From Eledone cirrhosa (Eukaryota): 64,000 bases of DNA. The stretch lies in NCBI GenBank assembly GCA_964016885.1, contig OZ024752.1, positions 48,794,001-48,858,000 of the forward strand, written 5' to 3'. Position numbers and translations under genes: made by a program. Under the pieces are notes generated by a model. The model saw only the letters and a list, made by a program, of their open reading frames with translations, was not told where the DNA came from and searched no databases. Below are positions 27,577 through 41,765 of the stretch, piece by piece (within the stretch, counting starts at the first letter, position 1; each line of letters starts with the position of its first letter).

Positions 27577-28100
27577 AAAACAAAATTAACAACAAACGAG
27601 GAAGAATATATTGAGACAGATGGCACTAAGGAATACTGGTGGAACCTGAAAATAAAAACTGCCACCAAATTAAAGCACAACCGGCCTGATATTCTAGTTT
27701 GGGACCACACATTGAAAACGTGTTCTGTTGTGGAGATCAGCTGCCCACTTGATGTAAACGTTGTCAGAAAAATACAGGAGAAGGAGGACATCTACGGACC
27801 ATTGATGAGGAGCTTACAAATCCAGTATCCAAGATACACCTTTAGCTTCATACCCATCATTATTGGTGCTACGGGTTATATACCAACCCGCTTGGACCAA
27901 AGTATGACCGAACTTGGATTTGCGGACAAAAAGCGCAGCTCCCTAATTCATAGTCTACAAATGGCTGCGATAGCTGGCACCTTCAAAATATGCAAAACAT
28001 TCTTGCGATTCAAGGGATGACAATTTCTTTTCTTTTACAACCTTGCCACCAGGAAGGTGGCCGGTCAAAAAAATATACTCGAAATTAAGAGAAAGAGAAA
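27577..28100 (+). mobile_element. 5'-truncated RLE non-LTR retrotransposon (R4/Dong-like); intact endonuclease ORF end (stop at 28020) plus 3' UTR
   Basis: WWNLKIKT..KHNRPDILVWD..VVEISCPLDVN..KIQEKEDIYGPL..IPIIIGATG is a restriction-like PD-(D/E)xK-type endonuclease domain. UTR hairpin GCCACC-AGGAA-GGTGGC. Confidence 0.88.
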
Positions 28101-30108
28101 ACATATAGATACATATATACATACATGCATATATATATACATACATATATACATACATACATATATACATAAATATATACATACAGACATATATACATAA
28201 ATATATACATACATATAGATATACATACATATATACATACATGCATAGATATATACATACATATATACATACATATAGATATACATACATATATACATAC
28301 ATATATACATACATACATATATACATACATATATACATACAGACATATATACATAAATATATACATGCATATATACATACATACATATATACATACATAC
28401 ATATATACATACATATATACATACATGCATATATATATACATACATATATACATACATACATATATACATAAATATATACATACAGACATATATACATAA
28501 ATATATACATACATATAGATATACATACATATATACATACATGCATAGATATATACATACATATATACATACATATAGATATACATACATATATACATAC
28601 ATATATACATACATATATACATACATATATACATACAGACATATATACATAAATATATACATACATACATATATACATACATATATACATACAGACATAT
28701 ATACATAAATATATACATGCATATATACATACATACATATATACATACATACATATATACATACATATATACATACGTATATACATACAGACATATATAC
28801 ATGCATATATACATACATACATATATACATACAGACATATATACATGCATACATATATACATACAGACATATATACATACAGACATATATCCATGCATAT
28901 ATACATACATACATATATACATACATACATATATATATACATACATATATACATACATACATATATACATAAATATATACATACAGACATATATACATAA
29001 ATATATACATACATATAGATATACATACATATATACATACATGAATAGATATATACATACATATATACATACATATAGATATACATACATATATACATAC
29101 ATACATATATACATACATACATATATACATACATATATACATACAAACATATATACATAAATATATACATACATACATATATACATACATATATACATAC
29201 AGACATATATACATAAATATATACATGCATATATACATACATACATATATACATACATACATATATACATACATATATACATACGTATATACATACATAT
29301 ATACATACGTATATACATACAGACATATATACATGCATATATACATACATACATATATACATACAGACATATATACATGCATACATATATACATACATAT
29401 ATACATACATATATACATACATGCATAGATATATACATACATATATACAGACAGATATACATACATATAGATATACATACATATATACATACATACATAT
29501 ATACATACATACATATATACATACATATATACATACATGCATATATATATACATACATATATACATACATACATATATACATAAATATATACATACAGAC
29601 ATATATACATAAATATATACATACATATAGATATACATACATATATACATACATGCATAGATATATACATACATATATACATACATATAGATATACATAC
29701 ATATATACATACATATATACATACATACATATATACATACATATATACATACAGACATATATACATAAACATATACATACATACATATATACATACATAT
29801 ATACATACAGACATATATACATGCATATATACATGCATATATACATACATACATATATACATACATACATATATACATACATATATACATACGTATATAC
29901 ATACAGACATATATACATGCATATATGCATACATACATATATACATACAGACATATATACATGCATACATATATACATACATATATACATACATATATAC
30001 ATACAGACATATATACATACAGACATATATCCATGCATATATACATACATATATACATACATACATATATACATGCATATATACATACATACATATATAC
30101 ATACATAA

Positions 30109-30153
<45 letters not shown>

Positions 30154-30260
30154 GATGTACATGCATATATGTATATGTATGTATGTACATACACACATAT
30201 ATATATATACACTTCACTCTTTATCTACACATATACATATGCACATACATTTAATATACA
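28101..30260. repeat. Complex (ATAC)/(AT) satellite with internal longer-range duplications
   Basis: Directly visible; the same repeat type lies at 27420-27576. Confidence 0.95.
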
Positions 30261-30315
30261 TATATAGACTTACTATATTTCTCTCAGCCCTTTCTAATGC
30301 AAACATGCATGCATA

Positions 30316-30366
<51 letters not shown>

Positions 30367-30467
30367 ATATATACACACATATACACATATATGAATATAT
30401 GAAAAAAGAAATATATATATATGAATATATTCTCTCAGCCTTTTCTAATGCAAACATGCATGCATAA

Positions 30468-30519
<52 letters not shown>

Positions 30520-30662
30520 TCACACATATATATATATATTTATATATATGAATATATACATATATATATTGTAAGTCTATGTACGCATGTATCATCATCA
30601 TTTTCAGTCCATTTTTCCATGCTTTTGTGTGTATGTATATATATTTGTAAGCTTCTCTTTAG

Positions 30663-30709
<47 letters not shown>

Positions 30710-30796
30710 TGTGTGTATGTATCATCATATACATGAATATTGATTTTTGCATGTACACATATGTATATTATATATGTATGTTCTTCTGTGCATACT

Positions 30797-30857
<61 letters not shown>

Positions 30858-30945
30858 GCATGTAGATATGAATGTATGTGTAGAAATATATATTCATATA
30901 TATATATATCATCTATATTTGTATATACATATACATATATGTTTA

Positions 30946-31024
<79 letters not shown>

Positions 31025-31083
31025 GTATATATATATATGCATGTAGATATGTATGTAAGTGTAGAAATATATATATATTCATT

Positions 31084-31147
<64 letters not shown>

Positions 31148-31293
31148 TATATATATATATATATACATACATACATATATATACGTATATGTAAATATTT
31201 ATATATAATTATATATATATATATATACATACATACATACATACATACATACATACATACATACATACATACATACATACATACATACATAAA

Positions 31294-31352
<59 letters not shown>

Positions 31353-31789
31353 GTATATGTAAATATATGCATGTAGATATGTATGCTTTTATGGGCATTG
31401 TTTGGAGCGAGGCACTGTGATGTTTATACCGACTAACAACGTCAGTACAGCACTAATCGAATCATCACCAAAATTATCTCTGCTCCCCAGCAAGCAGAAT
31501 CTAATTGTTGTAATGTTAACCTAATACATTTTGCATCATTTCAAACTAGTTAAGTTGTTAATTGGGTTGTTTCTAGCCGTCAGTAAATGGTGGACCCCCA
31601 AAAGACTAGATGGATCGGTGCAGAGGAGGAGTGGGTGTGGTGGGGGTGGGTGGGTGGGAAAGGGAGCGGGTGTGGTGGTGGTGTCGGGGTGGGTGGGGGG
31701 TGAATGTAGACAAAGATTTGTGTTCATTTATAGATTGTTGGAATTTAATGTGATATGTTACTTTTTTTTTACCCTGAAATTTACTGCCA

Positions 31790-32245
31790 GGGAGATAGAG
31801 GGAGAGAGAGAGAGGGGGGGGGGTAGAGAGAGAAAGGAGGGGGACGAGAGGGGGGAGAGAAGGAGGGAGAGAGCTAGAGAGAGAGAGAGAGAGATAAAGA
31901 GATAGAGAGGGGGAAGATAGGGAATACAGAAAGAGAGAGAGAGAGAGATAGAGAGATAGAGAGGGGGAAGATAGGGGAATACACAGAGAGAGAGAGAGAG
32001 ACGGATAGAGAGATAGAGAGGGGGAAGATAGGGGAATACTGAATGAGAGACTGAGAGAGGGGGAGAGAGAGAGAGAGATAAAGAGATAGAGAGGGGGAAG
32101 ATAGGGGAATACAGAGAGAGAGAGAGAGAGAGAGATAGAGAGATAGAGAGATAGAAAGGGGGAAGATAGGGGAATACAGAGAGAGAGATAGAGAGATAGA
32201 GAGGGGGAAGATAGGGGAATACAGAGAGAGAGAGAGATAGAGAAT
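31790..32245. repeat. (GA)n array with a recurring GGGGAAGATAGGGGAATAC unit
   Basis: About 6 copies visible. Confidence 0.9.
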
Positions 32246-32294
32246 GGGAAAGATTGTTTCTTGTGAAAGTTACAAATAAACAATAACAAGGATG

Positions 32295-32347
<53 letters not shown>

Positions 32348-32603
32348 AATGATAATAGATGTGAAGTGAAAAACCCAAAGAAACATATATGAAAAAAAAA
32401 AGATTTACAAAACCTCACACACAAAAACACAAACACATATAGATGTAATTACACAAAAATACATAACTAGACACACACACACTCACACATACATACACAC
32501 ACTGACACATACATACACACATTGACACATACATACATCTACATACATCTACAAACAAATACAACATGAGACAATCGATGGAGAGGATATAAGCAATCAC
32601 AGG

Positions 32604-32634
<31 letters not shown>

Positions 32635-32691
32635 CATATATATACACACACATATATCTATATACATACATACATATATATACACATACAT

Positions 32692-33300
32692 GGTGGCTGC
32701 CAACTCGTTTTCGAGTACGGCCACTACTTTATATCCATGTAGGAGAACCCCTACCGATGCGCTGAACGAGTGCGACTTTTTAGTCCAGCCAGTGACTTGA
32801 AAACTCTGGTACAAACACTACACCTGTGACAATTATTGACACACAGTGCTGGGCCCATGGTACCACGTGACAACAAGTGCAGAGATCTCTCCAGATATAA
32901 AGCAATGCCTGTGCCGTGAAGCTTTTATAGTGAGCAAAGGCACTGCACAAAGCCAGTCCCATTCTCTTAACCAAGATGATATTTACCAAAAAGAAGAACA
33001 AGTCAACATCATTGGATACCATCAGAGTTGCAGGTGTTATATCAGAGTTTTCCTTCTCCTAGAATTCTGCCTTGACAAAGGCTAAGGGGTCATCTCTCCC
33101 GGTGATTTTGGATGGCCATTGACTCTTAAGAGCTCCTTTGCCCTTTGACAGGTTTTGTTTTTAGTCCTGCAGGATGTCCAAAGTCACCCTCCTCACCAAG
33201 AAACCTTGGTGGGGTTGCCAGTTTAGTCGCCAACGACCCGACCATGAGACAGGTTGTACTGGGATACATGTTACCAGTAGCACCAACTGGTGACCTGACC
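32692..33300 (-). mobile_element. Non-autonomous bipartite RTE-derived element, probably full length
   Basis: Reverse complement of 7549-8101 plus about 55 extra 5' nt. 3' zinc-finger remnant and terminal hairpin ACTCG-AAAA-CGAGT. Confidence 0.78.
33218..33300 (-). ncRNA. Putative HDV-like ribozyme at the element 5' end
   Basis: P1 GGUCAGG/CAUGGUC (one mismatch, two G-U pairs); J1/2 hairpin ACCAGU/ACUGGU; P2 CCAGU/ACUGG; CC in L3 with GG after P1; P4 GUC..GAC; CUAA before the P2 3' strand. P3 is weak. Confidence 0.55.
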
Positions 33301-33779
33301 ATACACATACATATATATATATATACACACACGTATATATATATATACACATACACACATATATACATATATACACACACACACATATATACATATATAC
33401 ACACACACACACATACATACATATATATATCCACACACACATATATATATATTATTACATAAGATAAAAAAACACCACATTATCACATACACTCATTCAC
33501 CACATGCACTACACCCTTACAAACACATACACACACACACATACTCCCCCAACACAAACTCCCCCACACATATACTCCCACACATATACCCCCACACCAT
33601 ACATATATATATATATATTAAATCAAAATCTGAGTTTGTTTATTTTCACCAAGGAATATGAATTACATAGTTTGTTAAAATAATTTGATATTTTTGTAAT
33701 TTTCTGCTCAATGGATTCAATTTTAAAATTGTCTCTTGTTTTTTGTTTTTTTAACACATATATATACATAATCATATAT

Positions 33780-33833
<54 letters not shown>

Positions 33834-33851
33834 ATATATATATATATATAT

Positions 33852-35165
33852 AAAATAAAATAAAATAAATAAGTCAAATGTTTAAAATTTGGCTTCGTTT
33901 ATAACACACACACATTTTAATTTACCTGATTTTTTATTTTTCAATTTTGATTTCTCATTATTCATTTGTTATTTGTTTTCTGTTTTCTTCACTTTATCAC
34001 CTTATATTTATATTTAAGTTGAGATTGGTTATAACACACACACATTTTATTTGATTATCCTATTTCGTTTTATTCTTTTACTACCTTGTCCCTCATACCA
34101 ATCTATCCAACATATTTCTGACCTTGAGATTGGTTATAGCACACACACATTTTATCTTATTTTATTCGAATCTTCATTTTATTTTTCACTTTTCATTTTC
34201 ATTTTTCATTTCTTTTTCATTACCTTTTCATTAATTTATTATTTATTCTCTGCTTACTTCATTTTATAGCCTTCTATTTCTTCATATACATGGCAGAATC
34301 CCTCCCCCCCCCCCACCACCACCACGGGAGATGGTGGCAGGAGGGATGAAGAAACACATACACAGATACTTCTAAATTGTCAGCAGCAGCAAGACATAAG
34401 CTGACCACAACACCAACAACAATAGTAAATATTACTGATGTACTTAACAATAGCAAACACAAACACTACAGGGAGCCTCACCCCAGAAAGAATTTCTATA
34501 GACTTTGGACTGAGGAATGCTCTCAAAACTGACCAATGGGAAGTATGACCTTACAAATCTTTATAACATTGAGATGGGTATAACACACACACACGATTAT
34601 TTTATTTTATTTTGTTCCTTTACCATCTTATGCCTTCTACCACTTTATCACATTTTTTTTAGATGACTCCAACAATAACATCACTACCAACATAAGAATA
34701 GAGGTCAGATGTACCTAACAATAACAAGAACAACAACTACAGATTGGCTTGCCTCAGAACCAATTTCTATAGACTTTTGACTGAGGAATGTTCTAACAAC
34801 TGACCAATGAGAGGAGAAGAGGCCCTTTGACGCTGAAATTCGTTTGTTTGAATTCATATGATTCCAGTTCCTCAGTGAAATAACAACCCAACCAGGAACT
34901 GGGCATATCAGAGTATTGACAAAGTTAACACCTCAACAACATGTGTACTCGTCTCTACCACACTAATTCGGACTGCCTGAAGAGGTCACAGCCAAAGATG
35001 GCTGTCACCGAAATATATATAGCAGTAATAAACGAAGCCAAATTTTAAACATTTGACTTATTTATTTTATTTTACATTACTCCGGAGTAACCAAACCAAC
35101 CTGCGCACTTTGTCGAGTGCTCCAATCTGCATACTGAGGTGTCGGCAAACAACCAACATATACTT
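33852..35165 (+). mobile_element. Penelope-like element remnant (family P5) with an inverted terminal piece
   Basis: 33852-33902 is the reverse complement of about 35028-35074. Contains a hammerhead followed by AATAAA, and internal direct repeats. Confidence 0.55.
34972..35026 (+). ncRNA. Minimal type I hammerhead ribozyme
   Basis: ACUGC-CUGAAGA-GGUCACAGCCA[AAGA]UGGCUGUCACC-GAAA-UAUAUAUA-GCAGU then AAUAAA: G-C closing pair on stem II, palindromic stem III, AUA triplet. Confidence 0.88.
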
Positions 35166-35225
35166 AAAATATATATATATGTATATATATATAAACATAT
35201 ATATATGTATATATGTATATATATA

Positions 35226-35334
<109 letters not shown>

Positions 35335-35344
35335 ATATATATAT

Positions 35345-36060
35345 CATCATCATCAGGTTTAGCGTCCGTGTTCCACGCTTGCATGGGTTTGGACGGGGGT
35401 TTTCCCACTTGAGGCAAGAGTGGTTGTCTTGCTCGCATAGGACTGTCTGGCGGGTTTTCTACAGTTGGATGCCCTTCCTAACACCAACCACATTTACAGT
35501 GTGGGGCTGGGAGGTTTTTACCGTGTTGCCTACACGGCCACATTACAGCGTGGACTGTCTGGCGGGTTTTCTACAGTTGGATGCCCTTCCTAACACCAAC
35601 CACATTTACAGTGTGGGGCTGGGAGGTTTTTACCGTGTTGCCTACACGGCCACATTTACAGCGTGGACTGTCTGGCGGGTTTTCTACAGCTGGATGCCCT
35701 TCCTAACACCAACCACATTTACAGTGTGGGGCTGGGAGGTTTTTACCGTGTTGCCTACACGGCCACATTTACAGCGTGGACTGTCTGGCGGGTTTTCTAC
35801 AGCTGGATGCCCTTCCTAACACCAACCACATTTACAGTGTGGGGCTGGGAGGTTTTTACCGTGTTGCCTACACGGCCACATTTACAGCGTGGACTGTCTG
35901 GCGGGTTTTCTACAGCTGGATGCCCTTCCTAACACCAACCACATTTACAGTGTGGGGCTGGGAGGTTTTTACCGTGTTGCCTACACGGCCACATTTACAG
36001 CGTGGACTGTGTGTTTTTTGTCGTGACACCTACACGATCTCATTTGTTTCGGCCTGGATG
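35345..36060 (-). repeat. SINE (family D-related) containing a 113-bp x5 tandem expansion
   Basis: GACTG at 35441, 35553, 35666, 35779, 35892 and 36005. Confidence 0.92.
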
Positions 36061-36110
36061 TTGTGGGACCAACATAACTTTACATATATATGTATATATT
36101 TATATATATA

Positions 36111-36169
<59 letters not shown>

Positions 36170-36284
36170 ATGTGTATGTATATATGTATGTTTATATATA
36201 TGCACATACATATAAGCATCATACATGTAAGCATCTCTGAGTGCAAGTATATGCACAGATACACTTGCTTTCTCACATATATAC

Positions 36285-36320
<36 letters not shown>

Positions 36321-36480
36321 GCATACAAATTTATATATATGCATATACACAGAAACACAAATGAATGCATACATACATACATACATACATACGTACGTAC
36401 ATATATACATACATACGTACATACATACATATGTACGTACATACATGTATGAAAATATATGGATATGTTCAGGAGAGGTT

Positions 36481-36947
36481 CATCATCATTATCATCATTT
36501 TACGTCCACTTTTCCCTGCTTGCAAGGGTGGGACGGGAACTGATTCTGGCTTGATTTCTACAGCTGGATGCCCTTCCTAACACCAACCTCATTTACAGTG
36601 AGTGCTGGGTGCTTTTTTGCCGTGGCACCTCCACGACCACTTTGCAGTGGAATGATAGGGACCCCAGTCCCTATCATCTCATTTCTACAGCTGGATGCCC
36701 TTCCTAACACCAACCTCATTTACAGTGAGTGCTGGGTGCTTTTTTGCCGTGGCACCTCCACGACCACTTTGCAGTGGAATGATAGGGACCCCAGTCCCTA
36801 TCATCTCATTTCTACAGCTGAGTAAACTGGAGCAATGTGAAATAAAGTGTCTTGCTCAAGGAAACAACACATCACCCGGTCTGAGAATTGAACTCACAAC
36901 CTTTCGATTGCAAGGCCAATGCTCTAACCACTAAGCCATGTGCCTCC
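36481..36947 (-). mobile_element. Composite SINE family C (tRNA head + CORE-like + family D body + RTE tail) with an internal duplication
   Basis: Copies at 38350-38683 (+), 53860-54213 (-) and 60303-60685 (-). Confidence 0.88.
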
Positions 36948-37149
36948 ATGGTTATTGATATATTTACGTAAATGATAGATATAAAGCGATAAAAAACCCC
37001 ACACAAATACACACAGATAGCATCATTTCCATCATCATTTTACATCAGTTTCCCATGTTTCCATGGGTTACGATACTCGTAATCCAAAGACCAAGATGAC
37101 AACATCATAGACTAAGGAAATCAATATATTTCAGAATGTAACATATATA

Positions 37150-37545
37150 TTGCACCCAATTGCACCTCTCAAGGGCGATGACACACGACCGTGACTTCTG
37201 GCGTCACGCAGTAATACAGAAGACCCGACTTCCCACGGGTACAAGCCGAAGCTGAAGCATATAGACAATATGCCCCCACAGCCCCCACTGCAAGGTGGTC
37301 ATGGAGGTGCCACGGCAAAAAAGCACCCAGCCCACACAGTAAAGTGGACGTGTAGGCGCCACAGAAAATAAGCACCCAGCCCACACTGTAAAGTGGACGT
37401 GTAGGCGCCATAGAAATTAAGCACTCAGCCCACACTGTAAAGTGGACGTGTAAGCGCCACGGAAAAAAAAAAAGCACCCAGCACTCACTGTAAATGAGGT
37501 TGGTGTTAGGAAGGGTATCCAGCTGTAGAAATCAAGCCAGAATCA
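37150..37545 (+). mobile_element. SINE-like family D
   Basis: Homologous to the 13748 and 44518 copies; internal repeats of about 50 bp. Confidence 0.82.
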
Positions 37546-37813
37546 GTGAAAAAATGTTTCCGAAAGTCATGGGGGCTGTGTTGTTTTCTGATTTTGTTGG
37601 CATGCCCACGTGTGTTAGACACATGGAAATCAAAACATGGTGCTCAGGGTTGTTGTTGGCAAGATGGTTAATAATTTTGTGGGTGTTTACCAAGTCAGTT
37701 GCCAGACGTCGGAGCTTCAATGTATCCATGCCCAGGGAAGCAAGGCGTTCAGAGTATTGTAGATGCCTGATGGAGGGTATTCGCTTGGTTGCACATCTCT
37801 GAACAGTTTCCAT
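37546..37813 (-). mobile_element. CR1/L2-group LINE fragment (RT C-terminal region)
   Basis: ETVQRCATKRIPSIRHLQYSERLASLGMDTLKLRRLATDLVNTHKII fits the CR1 pattern ExVQRRATK..Y.ERL..L.L..L..RR...DL...KI. Confidence 0.9.
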
Positions 37814-37844
37814 GTATGTGCGTGAGACCGTGAAGCATAACATA

Positions 37845-38036
37845 AATGTTTCTACTTTTGGCACAAGGCCAGCAATTACCCCTAGTGCATTACTGGTACT
37901 TTATTTTATAGACCTCCCGCAAGGATGAAAGGCAAAGCTAACCTCGGCGGGATTTGAACTCAGATCATGAAGGGTCGTAACTCTATGCTGCAAAGCATGG
38001 CATCAGACCCTCTACTGATACTGCCAATCCACCGCC
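37845..38036 (-). mobile_element. SINE family A, full length
   Basis: Matches the family. Confidence 0.88.
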
Positions 38037-38349
38037 CTTGTGGAACATAGCATAATGACAGCAACATTAGGAATTACTGACACATGATTATAAGCTTACA
38101 TTTTACTACAGCCATAAACACATAATTATGTTTGCTTTGGAATATTGCTATTGAGTGGTTTAGTATTGTAAAAGATATCTCACTGCTCCAACACTGATCA
38201 ACCCCATACCACCCCACACACATCTACACCCTACCCATGTATATATATATGGAACAGTAAATATAAAGTAGCAAGGAATATATATATATATATATATCCT
38301 ATAGAGGCCATTTCTATATTAAACATGATATATATATTTATATATATAT

Positions 38350-38680
38350 ATAGTGGTTAGAGCATTGGCCTTGCAATCGAAAGGTTGTGAGTTCAATTCT
38401 CAGCCCAGGTGATGTGTTGTTTCCTTGAGCAAGACACTTTATTTCACATTGCTCCAGTTTACTCAGCTGTAGAAATGAGATGATAGGGACTGGGGTCCCT
38501 ATCATTCCACTGCAAAGTGGTCGTGGAGGTGCCACGGCAAAAAAGCACCCAGCACTCACTGTAAATGAGGTTGGTGTTAGGAAGGGCATCCAGCTGTAGA
38601 AATCAAGCCAGAATCAGTTCCCATCCCACCCTTGCAAGCAGGGAAAAAGCGGATGTAAAATGAAATGATGATGATAATGA

Positions 38681-38683
<3 letters not shown>
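38350..38683 (+). mobile_element. Composite SINE family C
   Basis: Near-identical reverse complement of the 36481-36947 copy. Confidence 0.88.
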
Positions 38684-38718
<35 letters not shown>

Positions 38719-38754
38719 TGTTTAATATAGAAATGGTTTTCATAGAATGTCTTG

Positions 38755-39920
38755 TTAACCCTGTACCATTCACATTACTCTATATTTACTGTTGTATTTT
38801 CATGGTAAACACTTTACTCTCACATAATATCGAATCTACGAGATCTTGATATTATTTATTTTGAGAACAATACCTCAATATAAGTATGAGCAGCAAGTTA
38901 TGGAAAGAGGTGAGAGAATTCTGGCCGGATACGGCCGGTTTAAATAATATATAAGATTTTTCAGCAGCAGATTAACCCTTTACCAATTACATTACCCTAT
39001 ATTTACTATTGTATTTTCATGGTAAACACTTCATCTGACATAATTATCTCACACAATATCGAATCTACGAGACTTTGATATTATTCCTTTTTAGAACAAT
39101 ACCTTAACATAAGTATGAGAGGCTAGTTATGGCTGGTTTAAACAGAAATGGATGAGAGAATTCTGACCAGATACAGCCAGTTTAAACAGAAAGAGGTGAG
39201 ATAATTTTGGCCAGCTACGGCCAGTTTAAACAGAAAGAGGTGAGAGAATTCTGACCAGATCCGGCCAGTTTAAACAGAAAGAGGTGAGATAATTTTGGCC
39301 AGCTACGGCCAGTTTAAACAGAAAGAGGTGAGAGAATTCTGACCAGATCCAGCCAGTTTAAACAGAAAGAGGCGAGAGAATTCTGACCAGATACAGCCGG
39401 TTTAAACAGAAAGAGGTGAGATAATTTTGGCCAGCTACGGCCAGTTTAAACAGAAAGAGGTGAGAGAATTCTGACCAGATCCGGCCAGTTTAAACAGAAA
39501 GAGGTGAGATAATTTTGGCCAGCTACGGCCAGTTTAAACAGAAAGAGGTGAGAGAATTCTGACCAGATCCAGCCAGTTTAAACAGAAAGAGGCGAGAGAA
39601 TTCTGACCAGATACGGCCGGTTTAAACAGAAAGAGGTGAGAGAATTCTGACCAGATCCGGCCAGTTTAAACAGAAAGAGGCGAGAGAATTCTGACCAGAT
39701 ACGGCCGGTTTAAACAGAAAGAGGTGAGAGAATTCTGACCAGATACAGCCGGTTTAAATGGTAAAAAAGAGTTAAGGCAATGGTAAAGACACTTGTCTGA
39801 GATACTATGATGTGGGATCAAACCAGAGACCTCATGATTACAAATTATGGCTGGTTTGAACAGAAATGCATGAGAGAATTCTGGCTGGATATGACTGGTT
39901 TAAATGTTAAAAGGTTAAGG
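38755..39920. mobile_element. piggyBac-like MITE cluster with an internal 44-bp minisatellite (about 14 units, 39137-39752)
   Basis: TTAA-CCCTTTACCA left end at 38972; TGGTAAAAAAGAG-TTAA and AAAAGG-TTAA right ends; unit TTTAAACAGAAAGAGGTGAGAGAATTCTGACCAGATCCGGCCAG. Confidence 0.75.
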
Positions 39921-40609
39921 CAATGGTAAAGACACTTGAATTCAATTCCCTGTGATACAGAATGTTAAGAATTACCAGTAGTAACAACTTTTGCATAGAG
40001 ATGCTTAGAATGACAAATAGACAACTTAATCCTATATTTATATATCTATATATGTAAGCCAAATGATAAAAATTCTTGGCTGACCACCAATAGAAACCAT
40101 AGCAACTGCCATTGTGTCATGTCTATATGTACTTATGTATATATTATATGATTATATGTATATATAATATATGATCATATATATATATAAGTGTGTGTGT
40201 GTATAGTGTATGCATCATATATATATATATGTATATATTATATGATCATATATATATATAAGTGTGTGTGTAGTGTATGCATCATATATATATATGTATA
40301 TATTATATGATCATATATATATATATATGTGTGTGTATGTATATATATATATATATACATATGATCATATAATATATACAGATATAAATATGATGTATAC
40401 ACTATATATATATATAAGTGTGCGTGTATATATTCTTTCTGAATTAATCTATTTATTTATATTTACCTATGTATTATCTTTTATCTAATCAACTTTAGCT
40501 TAAAAGCTTTTTCACATTAGCCTTAATTTTCTCGGCCTTGTTTATTTACCCTAATATATAAATATACATACCTACATACATATATATATACACACACACA
40601 CATATATAT

Positions 40610-40702
<93 letters not shown>

Positions 40703-40866
40703 TATATAAAGGACGATTTATGTCGAAATATATATATATATATATATATGCAATTAAATGTATACATGTATATATATAAATATATATATATATACATCTA
40801 TTTATCTACCTACACATCTATACATACATAGATTTTGGCTTCATTTTTATTTATCTATCATTATAA

Positions 40867-40897
<31 letters not shown>

Positions 40898-40999
40898 CAC
40901 ACATACATGTGTATATTTTCATCTGCTTTTTCCATCACTCCTCAGAGATTCTTCTCAGCTTGCAGAATAACTGAATGAGAGCAAACTTGGCCTTTACTT

Positions 41000-41074
<75 letters not shown>

Positions 41075-41404
41075 GACCTATGTATAGATATTTATATATA
41101 TATATGTGCCAATTTCATAAGCAATATATCTGACTCATCTCAATAAATGTAATGAAAGGGTAAAGGGCAAAATTACTCCAGTGACTGTTTGTTTATTTTA
41201 TACATCACAGTATTGACAATTGCTATGTTCAATGTCAATTTAGTTTTGTCCAATAGAATAGTTTCCACTTATGGAGCAAGACCTTTTTCTAAAAGTGCAG
41301 ACTAGAATCTATCTCCAGATTCAATATGAACATCATTTCAATAAGGATTTCATATTGGCTTGTGTTACAAAACTTGCAGATTACAATGTTTTTCAAACCT
41401 GCAG

Positions 41405-41440
<36 letters not shown>

Positions 41441-41444
41441 GCCT

Positions 41445-41585
41445 CATCCCATCCTGATATCTGAGGGTCAGGTGTCATGGACTTATAAACAGAGCACTCT
41501 CCATTTTTTCCCTGTCTCTTGCCATTGCTGTATATTCTGCCAAACTCCTTCATGTCTATTCCTTTATATCATCTTACTATCTCCT
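41445..41585 (-). mobile_element. Old RTE-like 3' fragment
   Basis: Minus strand gives ..DDIK..LAEYTAMARDREKWR, with frameshifts. Confidence 0.5.
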
Positions 41586-41714
41586 TTTCTGCTGAGCGAG
41601 AGAGAGAGAGAGAAACAGAGAGAGAAAAGCAAAGTGAGAGATTGAGAGAGAGAGAGAGACAGAAAGAGAAAAGCAAAGTGAGAGATTGAGAGAGAGAGAG
41701 ACAGAGAGAGAAAA

Positions 41715-41765
<51 letters not shown>

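Noticed and set aside
31410-31470. Hammerhead-like arrangement on the minus strand (GUGAUGA..stem..AUAAAC)
   Set aside because: Both core segments are mutated and there is no stem I; too degenerate to call.
34495-34810. Two direct repeats containing CTGAGGA
   Set aside because: No GAAA core and no convincing stem II.
39137-39752. 44-bp partly palindromic repeat array as CRISPR
   Set aside because: The units are contiguous with no unique spacers and lie inside a MITE.
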